Source: Mobula birostris (taxonomy: Eukaryota). Taken from it: a stretch of 64,000 bases of DNA. A program made the position numbers and the translations under genes. Positions 13,801 to 24,499 of the stretch are shown piece by piece. How positions within the stretch are numbered: the stretch's first letter is position 1; every line of letters starts with the position of its first letter. Location of the stretch: the NCBI RefSeq assembly GCF_030028105.1, contig NC_092379.1, forward strand, positions 25,723,821 to 25,787,820, written 5' to 3'. The notes beneath the pieces were generated by a model. That model saw only the letters and a list, made by a program, of their open reading frames with translations, was not told the origin of the DNA and ran no database searches.

Positions 13801-15655
13801 CCTGCTCTGCTATCACCTCGTTCCGAGATAAAAACAAGTCTTCATGGTCAGATTTACTACCAAAATCCTGATCAAATAATGCAGGTAACAACGTTTCTGA
13901 TACATCCTCAAAATTGGAATCTTGAGTTGAACAGTCATGGGTAACAACCTCATCCTGTACATCAGTGTTTCTAGGCATAGCTCTTGTTACAACACATGAG
14001 GAATCTGTTTTAGAATCCCTCCGTGGTTCCTCATAATTAGGATGTATTGTCAAATGTACTGCAGGAAAGACGTGTCCACCTGCTAAGCCATTGTCTAACA
14101 AAAGAGAAACATCATTCACAGGTAAACTGGATTGTAGTCCTACTTTAACAAACCCTGTAACGAATCCTGACCTTAAATTTGCTCTATGTAATGTACTGGC
14201 ATAAGGGCACTCCCAACTCCTCTTATATAGTTCACCTCACCCATGTCAGACTCATCACTAAACTTTAGCACACTGTATAGTATCAGTGATTGAAAAGCTC
14301 CAGCATCTCTATGTATTGTTATTGGTACTGAATTGGATCCTTCTTACAAGGATACAAATACTTCTGTTGTAAAAGATTCATATCCCCTCTTAACTTGCTC
14401 AGACTCTGACAAATCTTCTTTAGTATTCATCAAGCTCTGTGAATTTACAGGTGTCTTAATATGCTGCACACAAGCATCTTGGACTGCTTTCTTCCCTTTC
14501 TTTTTCAATCGAACACAGTTAGCTATTACATGTCCAGGTTTCTAATATTAATTAGAAATAATACCAAACTGTCTTTCCTTCACATGTCTCCCTTCATCCT
14601 TAACTTTCTCACTAACTTCATGTTTAATTTCTGGTTTACCTTGAATCTCTGTGCTATTTTTCCTTTTAAAAATTCTACCGGGAGAAAATTTATTCTTATG
14701 AAATAAAGCATACTCATCAGCTAATTTAGCAGTCTCCTGCAATGTAGCAGTGTCCCTTTCATTTAAGTATGTTTTCACTTCAACAGGAATGCTTATTTTA
14801 AATTATTCCAGTAAAATCAACTATTTTAATTTATTATACTCGCCAGTCACATTTTTAGAGGAAACCCATCTCTCAAAACACATAGATTTCTCATAAGCAA
14901 ATTCCACATACGTTTTTTTTTCATCGATTTCTTCAAATTACTGAATATTTCTCTATACGCTTCCGGAACCAGCTCATATACCTTCAAATATTTTAAATGC
15001 TGAGCAAGCACTGGATTATGATACTGTTAAACAGCATATACTAAAGGTATATGAGCTGGTTTCGGAAGCGCATAGAGAAATATTCAGTAATTTGAAGAAA
15101 TCTATGAAAAAATATACCTTCAAAAATTACAAAGTGTAATTGCTCAGCATTTAAAATTGTATAAACTTGTTGCGCATTGCCTTTAATTACAAATATTTGT
15201 CCACTTCGGCTTCATTAAACGATGGATCTAAAATAACCTCACGACTAGCAATAAACTGTTTCTGAGAACCAGAAGACTGATTTTCCATCCTTAATTGCTC
15301 ACCTCCAGCACAAATTTTCTCTGGTTTTCAGCTTCTCTTTCTTTAAATTCCATGAGCTTACTTTCCTCTGTTTCTTCAAATTCACTTTTTTTATTTGCCT
15401 CACTTTCATCAAATTCCCATTTCATTTAATTTGCCTCTCTGTCGGCCATTTCCGCTTTCAATTGTTCGAAATGTATCTGTTCAAGATGTAACTGCATTTC
15501 CAGATTACTCATTGGAAACCTATCTAACATCTCATCATCAAACTTCACCAAACGTATTTAATGATCAACGATTTTATTTGAATTAAAGCCTTTGTTGTAC
15601 CCTTCGTAATTTCTTTAATATCCAACATTCCAGCAATCTCCGATACAACAGGTTT

Positions 15656-16109
15656 TACACAGGGACATACACAATATGTGCAATAGCAGGCCATTCGGCC
15701 CCTCGAGCCTGCACCGCCATTCAGTACGATCATGGCTGATTATCCAACTCAAAACCCTGTACCTGCCTTTTCTCCATACCCCCGATCCCTTTAACCAACT
15801 CTCTCTTAAATATAGCCAATGATCTGGCCTCAACTGTTTCGTGTGGCAGAGAATTCCACAGATTCACCACTCTCTGAGTGAAGAAGTTTTGTTTCCTAAT
15901 CTCGTTCATAAAAAAGGCTTCCCCTTTATCCTCAAACTATGACCCCTCGTTCTGGACTTGCCCAACATCTGGAACAATTTTCCTGCATCTAGCCTGTCCA
16001 ATCCCTTTAGGATTTTATACGTTTCAATAAGATCCCCCCCCCCCCTCAATCTCCTAAATTCCAGAGAGTATAAGCCTAGTCGATCCAGTCTTTCATCATA
16101 TGAAAGTCC
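15656..16109 (-). mobile_element. CR1 3' fragment nested in the Gypsy gag
   Basis: ORF 15906-16115 GLSYDERLDRLGLYSLEFRRLRG..DLIETYKILKGLD, followed by a CR1-type 3' UTR. Confidence 0.88.
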
Positions 16110-16201
16110 AACCAAAGAGACTACCCAGAATCAACCAAAGAACTGGAAACAGCAATGGCAAAACTGCCATGCCAGGCCAGTAAAGTCCTCTTTACCAACA
16201 T

Positions 16202-16740
16202 AGAATCAGAATCAGGTTTATTATCACCAGCATGTGATGTGAAAATTGTGAACTTAGAAGCAGCAGTTCAATGCAATACAAAATACAAAAATGGGGGGAA
16301 ATAATTCATTAATTAATTAATAGATAGATAAATAAATACATTACAATTTACGTATATTGAATAGATTAAAATCATGCAACAATAGAAATAAGTGAGGTAG
16401 CGCCCAAGGGTTCAATGTCCATTCAGGAATTTGATGGCAGAGGAGAAGAAGCTGTTCCTGATTCGCTGAGTGTGTGCTTTCAGGCTTCTGTACCCCCTAC
16501 CGGATGGTAACAGTGAGAAAAATGCATGCCCTGCGTTTTGGAGGTCCTTAATCATGTATGCTTCCTTTCTGAGACACCGCTCCTTGAAGATGTGCTGGAC
16601 ACTTTGTAGGCTAGCACTCAAGATGGAGCTCGCTAAATTTCGAGCTCTCTGCAACTTATTTCTATTCTGTGCAGTAGCACCCTCCCCATGCAGGCAGTGA
16701 CGCAAGCTGTCAGATGCTCTCCACGATCCATATATAGAAG
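16202..16740 (-). mobile_element. Rex1/Babar LINE 3' fragment nested in the Gypsy gag
   Basis: ORF 16412-16705 GHAFFSLLPSGRGYRSLKAHTQRIRNSFF, with a (CTGATT)n-type tail. Confidence 0.82.
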
Positions 16741-16872
16741 TTTCTCGCAGTCGCTAAAAATTCCGGGTCAGGCGAATCCATAAAGTCGTCAATATTCATC
16801 GCAGCCGAATACCACTCACACAAAAATCAGAATGGCACTAAAACAAGCACTTAAGCTCAAAAAATTGAGCAA

Positions 16873-16890
16873 ATTCTGGACGAGCCCTCA
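16873..16890 (-). other. Primer-binding site complementary to the tRNA-Pro 3' end
   Basis: Minus strand TGAGGGCTCGTCCAGAAT matches the tRNA-Pro PBS TGGGGGCTCGTCCGGGAT at 15/18, just inside the 5' LTR. Confidence 0.8.
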
Positions 16891-16897
16891 CAATTTA

Positions 16898-17766
16898 TAT
16901 TACATAACCGGTAATAATGAATATCAACCGAGTCAGGTTAGATACAAGCAATCAAACATCTATTAAACACGGATAATCAATAAAAAAAAACGAAAAACTT
17001 AACCGGAAGTTAACTACTATGCGGCCATTCAAACAATCGCCACTCGGTACTGGTTCTTAAGGCGGTAAATGCGAAGAGAGTTCTTAAATCGCTACGGTCA
17101 AATATAGTTTTTAAAATGGTAAATTCGAAAGTCCAAGATATTTATACAGTCAATTAGGAGAGACTTCTCTGTAGAAGGATTTCTTCATTGACACGACTTT
17201 CCTGCTGATTCTGTGCAAAGGATTCACAACGAAGGAAATAAACGGATTAAAAGCAACTGACCTTTCCTCTGGCGAGCAAATCCTGCAGGAACTATCTAAC
17301 ACTTTTGGAAGGAATTACCCTCAATGCAGGTCGCTACTTCTTCAACGAAGACTCAGTAACGTCGATCCTTTCTTAAACTGCCGTACGATACCAAATTTTC
17401 TTAATCCTCTGGTCCTGTACTTCGATAAAGTCTTCACTCTCCAATATGACTGAAAATGTACATCAACAAATCTGGCAGAAATGGGTAAACTGCCTGTCCA
17501 GCACTATTCTACCTTACAATAGAACGTAAACCACAGTTTTAAAAATGAAATTGCGTCATATAAAAAACACGCAACGGAGCGCAGCCTCGGGCTAACGTTC
17601 TAGCTGGAAAACTAACTGCGTCACCAGGGCTCTTCCCTTTTATAGCAATGGTGAACATACCATCACGTGACCTCACATCGGCGGTAAAATTACATCAGGT
17701 GACCTCCAAAACAGCAATACATCATTCTCACAAGAAAGACAGACGATCTCCATGAGGTATGTAACA
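16898..17766 (-). repeat. 5' LTR of the Gmr1-like element (869 bp)
   Basis: Paralog of 9969-10838, adjacent to the PBS. Confidence 0.9.
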
Positions 17767-17770
17767 ATTT

Positions 17771-19545
17771 AAAGATCACATGGGTGAACTGCAATTGTTC
17801 ATCCCAGTTTGGAAAAAGAATAAACCAGGGAAGGTAGTGTCCCCGTGGCTAACAAAGGAAATTACGGATAGTATCAATTCCAAAGAAGAAACATACAACT
17901 TAGCCAGAAAAAGCCGCACACCTGGGAACTGGGAGAAACTCAGGGTCCAGCAGAGGAGGGTAAAGGGCTTAATTAGTAAAGGGGAAAAAAGAAAAAAAGA
18001 TTATGAGAGAAAGCTGGCAGTGAACATAAAAACTGACCGTAAAAGGTTTTATAGATATGTGAAAAGAAAAAAAAAATATTGGTTATGGCAAATGTAGGTC
18101 CCTTACAGTCAGAACCAGGTGAATTGATCATGGGGAACAAGGACATGGCAGAACAATTGAATAACTACTTTGGTTCTGTCTTCACTAAGGAGGATGCAAA
18201 TAATCTTCCGGAAATAGTTGGGGATCGTGGGCAGTGAGATGGAGAAACTGAGGAAATACATGTTAGTGGAGAAGTGGTGTTAGGTAAATTGAAGGGATTA
18301 AAGGCAGATAAATCTCTAGGGCCAGATGGTCTGCATCCCTGAGTGGTTAAGGAGGTGGCCCGAGACACGATGGATGCATTACTGATTATTTTTCAAAACT
18401 TTTAGATTCTGGATTAGTTCCTGAGGATTCGAGGGTGGCTAATGTAACCCCGCTTCTGTTTTTTTAAAAAAGGGAGGGAGGGGGAAACCGGTGAATTATA
18501 GACCGGTTAGACTGACATCGGTATTGGGCAAAATGGTAGCGTCAGTTATCAAAGATGTGATAACAGCACATTTGCAAAGCGGTGAAATCATCGGACAAAG
18601 ACAGCATGGATCTGTGAAAGGGAAATCATGTCTGACCAATCGTATACATTTTTTGAGCATGTAACTAGTAGAGTGGATAGGGGAGAACCAGTGGATGTGG
18701 TATATTCGGATTTACAAAAGGCTTTTGACAAGGTCCCACACATGAGATTAGTGTGCAAACTTAAAGCACACGGTATTGGGGTATTGTCTTGATATGGACA
18801 GAGAATTGTTTGGCAGGCAGGAAGCGAAGAGTGGGAATACCACTCATTGAAAGTGGTCATTCAGGTACAGCAGGCGGTGACGAAGGCGAATGATAAGCTG
18901 GCATTCATAGCAAGAGGATCCGAGTATACGCCCGGGGAGGTTCTACCACAGTTGTTCAAGGCCTTGGTGAGTCCACGGCTGGAGTACTGTGTGCAGTTTT
19001 GGTCCCCTAATACGAGGAAAGAAATTCCTGCCATAGAGGGAGTACAACGAAGGTTCACCAGATCGATTCGTGGGATGTCAGGACTTTCATATGAAGAAAG
19101 ATTGGATCGACCAGTCTTATACGCGCTGGGATTTAGAAGATTGACGGGGGAGTGGGATCTTATTGATACGTACAAAATTCTTCAGGGTTTGGACATGCTA
19201 GATGCAGGAAGATTGCTCCCGACGTTGGGGGAGTCCAGAACGAGGTGTCACAGTTTTAGTATAAAGGGGGAGCCTTTTAGAACTGAGATGAGGAAAAGCG
19301 CTTTCACACAAAGAGTGCTGAATCTGTTGAATTCTCTGCCACAGGAAACAGTTGAGGCAAGTTTATTGGGTATATTTAAGTGGGGGTTCGATGTTGCCAT
19401 GCGGCTCAAGGGGTCAGAGGGTATGGAGAGAAAGCAGGAACAGGGTTCCAAGTTGGATGATCAGCAATGATCATACTAAATGGCGGTGTAGTCTCGAAGG
19501 GCCGAAAAAACTACTCCTGTACCTATTTTCTATGTTTATATGGAC
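17771..19545 (+). mobile_element. CR1 LINE host element, segment 3 (RT and 3' end) with an internal deletion near 18840
   Basis: GPDGLHP, KAFDKVPH and ORF 18847-19470 (LEYCVQFWSP, GLSYEERL, FTQRVLNLLNSLP), then a CR1-type 3' UTR. The central RT (FADD) part is missing. Confidence 0.88.
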
Positions 19546-19989
19546 ACGTAACAATTTTCTTCCTCACATACAGCATAGTATAATGTAATTTGAATCCAGT
19601 TTGTTTCCAGCATCCTCAGCTATTAGGTATCAATTTTGTGTTAGTTGCAGAGTACTGGTCTCATAGATAATATTGCCGTCTAGTATACGGTTTCATTAGT
19701 ATGATGTCGATGCGGTGAAATTATTTCACCTGTCATCTTACCATTGAAACTCGTTTACATTCATTTTAACCTGTACAGTTATTGTACAATTTAAGTATTA
19801 TTAAAACAGTTACGATCATCATGTTTAGGTGAATGTGGTAACCTACATTGTTTCAAAGGCCTAATTGTTCAGGGGCAATATCTGTTCTTGAAACTTGTCG
19901 TATGGGACCTGAAGTTCCTATACCACAATTCTAATGGCAGCATCGAAAATGCAGTATTGCCCGGATGCTGGTGAGGCAGTTAGTTTTGA

Positions 19990-20295
19990 GGAAATATGTA
20001 GGATTCAAGAGGACTTACACAGATTAGGAGAAAGGGCAGGAAAGTGGCAAATCAAGAACAATTTTTGAAACTAAATGGTCATGTACTTTAGTAATAGAAA
20101 CAAATGTGCGGCCCATCTTCTAAACGGGGATAAAATCCAGTGATTTGAGATGCAAAGAGACTTTGGAGTCCCTGTGGACAACACCCCAATGTTTAGATTT
20201 CAGGTCCATAAGGCCATAAGACAAAGGAGCAGAAGTCGGCCATTCCGCCCATCGAGTCTGCTCCGTCATTTTATCATGAGCTAATCCATTCTCCC
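19990..20295. mobile_element. Short CR1 fragments (plus-strand RT piece joined to a minus-strand 3' end)
   Basis: Similar to CR1 RT (IQEDLHRLGE) and to the CR1 3' UTR seen elsewhere in the window. Confidence 0.55.
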
Positions 20296-20711
20296 ATCTT
20301 TTAAATAAATCTATCAAGTCAAATAGATTGAAATGTCATTTGACATTTGTATGCGGATATCAACACTCGGCATGTCACAAAAACCTGCGAGACAGAAAGA
20401 AGAAAAGCTGGAGGCGACTCCTTTCTTTAACGTGAAAGGCAGAAATAACGGTGCAATGAAACTAAGAAAAAGACGTAGAAATACTTTTCTGTGGTAAAAT
20501 ACCTAAGCAATAATTTTCATCGTGAATGTCACATGGCCAGGAGATGAGGAGAAATAGAAAAAAGCTGGTTTAAGGAGCTAGAGTGAAGATAAATTGCTAG
20601 AGGTTCAAATTTCAGGATAGGAGAGAGCGCACGACAGAGAAACAGCGAATTTCATTTGGTACACTGACGGCAGGAGGGCTTCGGCGTACATTAAAACTAA
20701 TTATGCACCAT

Positions 20712-21009
20712 AAACAACAGGAATTCTGCAGATGCTGGAAATTCAAGCAACACATATCAAAATTGCTGGTGAACGCAGCAGGCCAGGCAGCATCTCTAGG
20801 AAGAGGTACATTCGACGTTTCAGGCCGAGATCCTTCGTCAGGACTAACTGAAGGAAGAGATAGTAAGAGATTTGAAAGTGGGAGGGGGAGGGGGAGGGGA
20901 GATTCAAAATGATAGGAGAAGACAGGAGGGGGAGGGATGGAGCCAAGAGCTGGACAGGTGATTGGCAAAGGGGATATGAGAGGATCATGGGACAGGAGGT
21001 CCGGGGAGA
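20712..21009 (-). mobile_element. Short Penelope-type insertion with a 13-bp TSD
   Basis: Flanked by perfect direct repeats AATTATGCACCAT (20699-20711 / 21010-21022). Minus strand encodes PDEGSRPET, typical of Penelope-like element ends. Confidence 0.75.
20809..20846 (-). ncRNA. Minimal type I hammerhead ribozyme motif (one stem I mismatch)
   Basis: Minus strand UAGUC-CUGACGA-AGG AUCUCGG CCU-GAAA-CGUC-GAAUG: intact CUGANGA/GAAA core, 3-bp stem II, palindromic ACGU stem III, GUC cleavage triplet. Confidence 0.7.
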
Positions 21010-21619
21010 AATTATGCACCATGACTGCTCCATATGGTCTTTGAAAATAGAGGTTCGGAATAAACAACTATTCCATAAACCTATTCTTTCTAAACAGTTG
21101 TCATTGTTCATTAAGGCGACGTCGCCATTGGTGTACAAAGGAGATAGAACAACTTCGTTCTGTTCGATTCTCATCGAACATTTATTTTTCCTGGCGGTTT
21201 CTTCTCTTCTCTGCAGTCCGTGTTTCATAATCTCTTCCCAAATGTTCACAGTTTCTGTGCATCTAAGCAGCAGCCTGTGGCGGTAAATCAATGTTCAAGT
21301 ATGCACGCGAATTGATGTCTGATAAAGAACATCCGGCGCTGACAATACCTTCTGGTAGATAAAGTATCGGGGAGAGAGGTGGGAATCTGACTATATCCCT
21401 CAGAACCAGAGGTTGTCCTTACTGGAAGCAACACACGGGATAATTTATGTTTGTAGGCAAAGGTTCTTATTATTAACAGGATATATATCGTCTCCATGCA
21501 TCCTGTTGACAGGTTGATTCATATTGGAATAGATCCTTATCGATGCGCTTGTTTCTCATGACCACTTCAGAAGGAAAAGAAGCACCATATCCTCAGATCT
21601 CGAAGGTGAATATTGAGAG

Positions 21620-21950
21620 CAACAGACAACATGGTGGAGGTGAGGCTCTCTCTAAGGAGACGATAAACAGTGAACGTTTAAGCTGAATCCTAACAGGGAC
21701 TACAAATAACAGGAAACATCCAGAATAGCTGGGGGAGGAGTGGTGTAAGGAGTATAAGATGGGAGGGGATGGAAGAAACGCATGTGCGCGTGAATAGTGA
21801 CGAAATGGAAAGCTGGCTGGTGATAGGTGGAAAAGATAAGGTGGAAAATAAATGTAAAGCAGTTTGACAGGAGAGTGGAGTAGAATATGGCACAATCAGA
21901 ATGAGGAAGGCACCGGATGAACATGATAGGCAGGGAAGGAAAGAAAAATA
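21620..21950 (-). mobile_element. Old degenerate Penelope-type fragment
   Basis: Weak similarity to 20712-21009, including an eroded AGTCCCTGTTAGG..AAACGTTCACTG version of the hammerhead region. Confidence 0.4.
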
Positions 21951-21984
21951 ATATATAAGAAGTAAATCAGCATGGGGAATGAAA

Positions 21985-22250
21985 AAATCAATCAGAAATA
22001 GAATCAGGTTCATTATCACCGGCATGTGACGTGAAAGTCCTTAACTTAGCAGCAGCTGTTCAATGCCACACATAATCCAATAGAGAGAGAAGTAATAATA
22101 ATAATACTACTACTAATAATAATAAAATAATAATAATAATAATAATAGAAACAGGTAAATCATTTACGTATATTAATATATATTTTTTAATGTGCGAAAA
22201 CGTAAGTACTCTATATTAAAAAAAAGAAGTGACATAGGGTCCAAAATACA
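21985..22250 (-). mobile_element. Rex1/Babar 3' tail containing an (AAT)n microsatellite (about 22093-22146)
   Basis: Near-identical to the tail at 16202-16400. Confidence 0.7.
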
Positions 22251-22527
22251 GAGAAGAGCGTTCGGATTATAATGCAATAATGTCTATGGTATCAGATTGG
22301 CGATTACCCAGATTATTTTGAGATATTGCACCTCCGACCTGTGCGTTGACTCGACGCGGCAATGGAAGAGGCTAGGCTCCAAGCAGTTACAAATTGGACT
22401 GTTTTTGAAAAATAATTTCAGTCTTGGAAACAGTAAAAAGGGCGTAACTTTGAACACTATTGTTTCTGTTCACAGAATTCGCTGCATTTTTAAAGTATAT
22501 TAGAACATGGGATATTTGCTATTTTAA

Positions 22528-22847
22528 CACAACAGTGGAGTAGTTTCGATTCCCTTATGTGCAGTTGGTTTATGAGTTAATTGGGTGATAGATGATCCCT
22601 GTGGTCTCAGGTTCTTATTGAAAATTAGACAGTTGTTGTCAGCTAGGGGTGTATCAAATGGGATCGCTGGAAGTTTGTTTGCATATGCTCTTGATCTCGA
22701 CAAGAAAGCTGACGAGAAGAGGATGGTCTTGATCCTGGCAAGTTTTGGATTGCGAAGACTGCTGTTGTAAATGCATGCAGTTCCACTCTCGCGTGTTTTT
22801 TTTGTTTTTGTTTTTGTTTTCCCCAAATTGGCTTGATAACAGAAGCC
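22528..22847 (+). pseudogene. Candidate decayed TCR V relic (TRDV-like) with a disrupted 23-RSS
   Basis: One frame reads GVVSIPLC AVGL*VN W VIDDPCGLRFLLKI...GIAGSLF...LDKKADEKRMVLILASFGL, then (+1) ED...C MQF. CACTCTC follows at 22784-22790 and ACAGAAGCC at 22839-22847; the spacer is exactly 23 bp if the 25-nt T/G tract 22796-22820 is removed. Confidence 0.4.
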
Positions 22848-22914
22848 TCTACGTGACCTGCGTAGAAATTCAAAAGCACAGACGGCTGAGGCTTTCACAA
22901 AAAAAAGTAACAGT

Positions 22915-23270
22915 TGTGCTGTTAGGGAGTTTTGTTCAGGGAGCTGTGTCTCAGAAAGGCAGTGTCCATTATTAATGATCTCCAACCCCAGGGCATGCCC
23001 TTTTCTCACTGTGACCATCAGGTAGTAAGTATTCAAAGTACATACTCTGCGATTCATGAACAACTTCTTCACCTCTGCCATTCGATTCCTACATGTACTT
23101 TGAACCCTTGGTCACTAGCTCATTTTTTTAAATATGCAATATTTCAGATCTTTGCAAGTTGTATAATCTGTTCAATATACGTATAGTGTAATTTGTATAT
23201 TTATTTTATATATTGTATTTTTCTCTTCTTTATTATTTATTGCATTGAACTGCTGCTGCTAAGTTAAAAA
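22915..23270 (+). mobile_element. Rex1/Babar 3' fragment
   Basis: CLRKAVSIINDLQPQGMPFSH..RFMNNFF, ending in AATAAACCTGATTCTG. Confidence 0.75.
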
Positions 23271-24499
23271 TATACGTCACATGTCAGTAATAATAAACCT
23301 GATTCTGTTTCATATTTTGTTGAATCATGAGTCAATAGTGCAAAATTAATAAACATTCAGTTGAAAGATAAGGCGAAATATTTGCGCAGACCTAGGGTTT
23401 TCTTGTGAAGGGCAGTAGCAGAAATTATGTAAATATATATGTGTAATAAATACACTGGATTGTTGTTATCTCTGTCACCATAGAGTTGCATGCTAGACAT
23501 TATGTAAGTCCTTTGAACAACTACGAACACCTTGGCTGTCTAAAATGATTGACAATGCTTTGCTCACCTAGTCGTCTATTTACAGCCTCGCTCCTTTTCC
23601 CCGTAGCCGTTTCCACAGCAGTCATTTCTTCACTATATTCCAATAAGATTTCAATTGATATGATTACATATTTCGATGAATATTGCAGTTTGTCTATTGA
23701 ATGTGTGTATGTCATAGGTGGGATTAATCGACTTGCAGCGGACTTTTGCATACTCTGTGTGATTGCTTGTATTGAAAATAATGTGTTTCACTATTCTAAT
23801 AAATATGTGCAAATAATAGATTGTGATTTTGACATCCCTTAATGTCAATCCATACAAATGGGAAAGCAAACTAATAAGTAGCCGAACTCACCCCACTGTG
23901 AAGGCAAAAACACTTTTGGTAATGTAACTGTACAATGCCTATGTATTCCTGAGCCAACGTCCACCTACGAAACTTTATCCAAACATGGCTTTCTTAGACT
24001 GAACGCATATCCCGAATGAGTCATATTAACGTTTCCTTTGGTGCAGACTAAATGGGAGCTGTTGGGCCATATGTGCATCATAAAATCCCACGAGAACTAG
24101 AGGAATAGCTAGATTTCGGTAAAATAATTGGGAAGAAGAAAGAGAATGAGAGATCAACGGGAATCGAGTCAAAAAAAATGCCAGCCAAGGTACACTGCAC
24201 ACCAAAGAAACTGGCAATCCGTTACATTTTATATTGTGGGTGAAATATTTCAGAAAGCCAACGGGGTTAGTCAGGACACTCTGCTCTCGGGTTATCAAGG
24301 GTTAATTAAGCACTTCGCACGGGTAAATAGAAAACCGAAAATTTATTCAGTTGGTCCTAACTGGAACGAAATTGTGTAAGTAGGTCAGTGTTCGGTTCGG
24401 CAGTCAGAGGTTTTGTCTCAAAGTGTAACGGCAAATCGTGGATACAGGTTTAATCCTCGGAAAATATCCTTTGCTTATTTTCAATTGTACGGTAAGGCA

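Larger units (their letters stand above)
9969..17766 (-). mobile_element. Gypsy-type LTR retrotransposon of the Gmr1 lineage (gag-PR-IN-RT-RH), decayed provirus with both LTRs
   Basis: TG...CA ends with 4-bp TSD ATTT (9965-9968 / 17767-17770). Minus-strand order: gag start about 16799, Zn-knuckle remnant about 14510-14560, protease RDAGAFQSL about 14300, integrase (CRTCHRCQ; SSAYHPESQGALERFH) about 13600-12800, RT (YIDDLV) about 12300-11700, RNase H (DAS; YSTIENEL) about 11420-11110. Confidence 0.93.

Noticed and set aside
20743-21291. 182-aa minus-strand ORF
   Set aside because: It reads through the Penelope insertion and has no recognisable domain; the L.C/W/GLQ words are not at V spacing.
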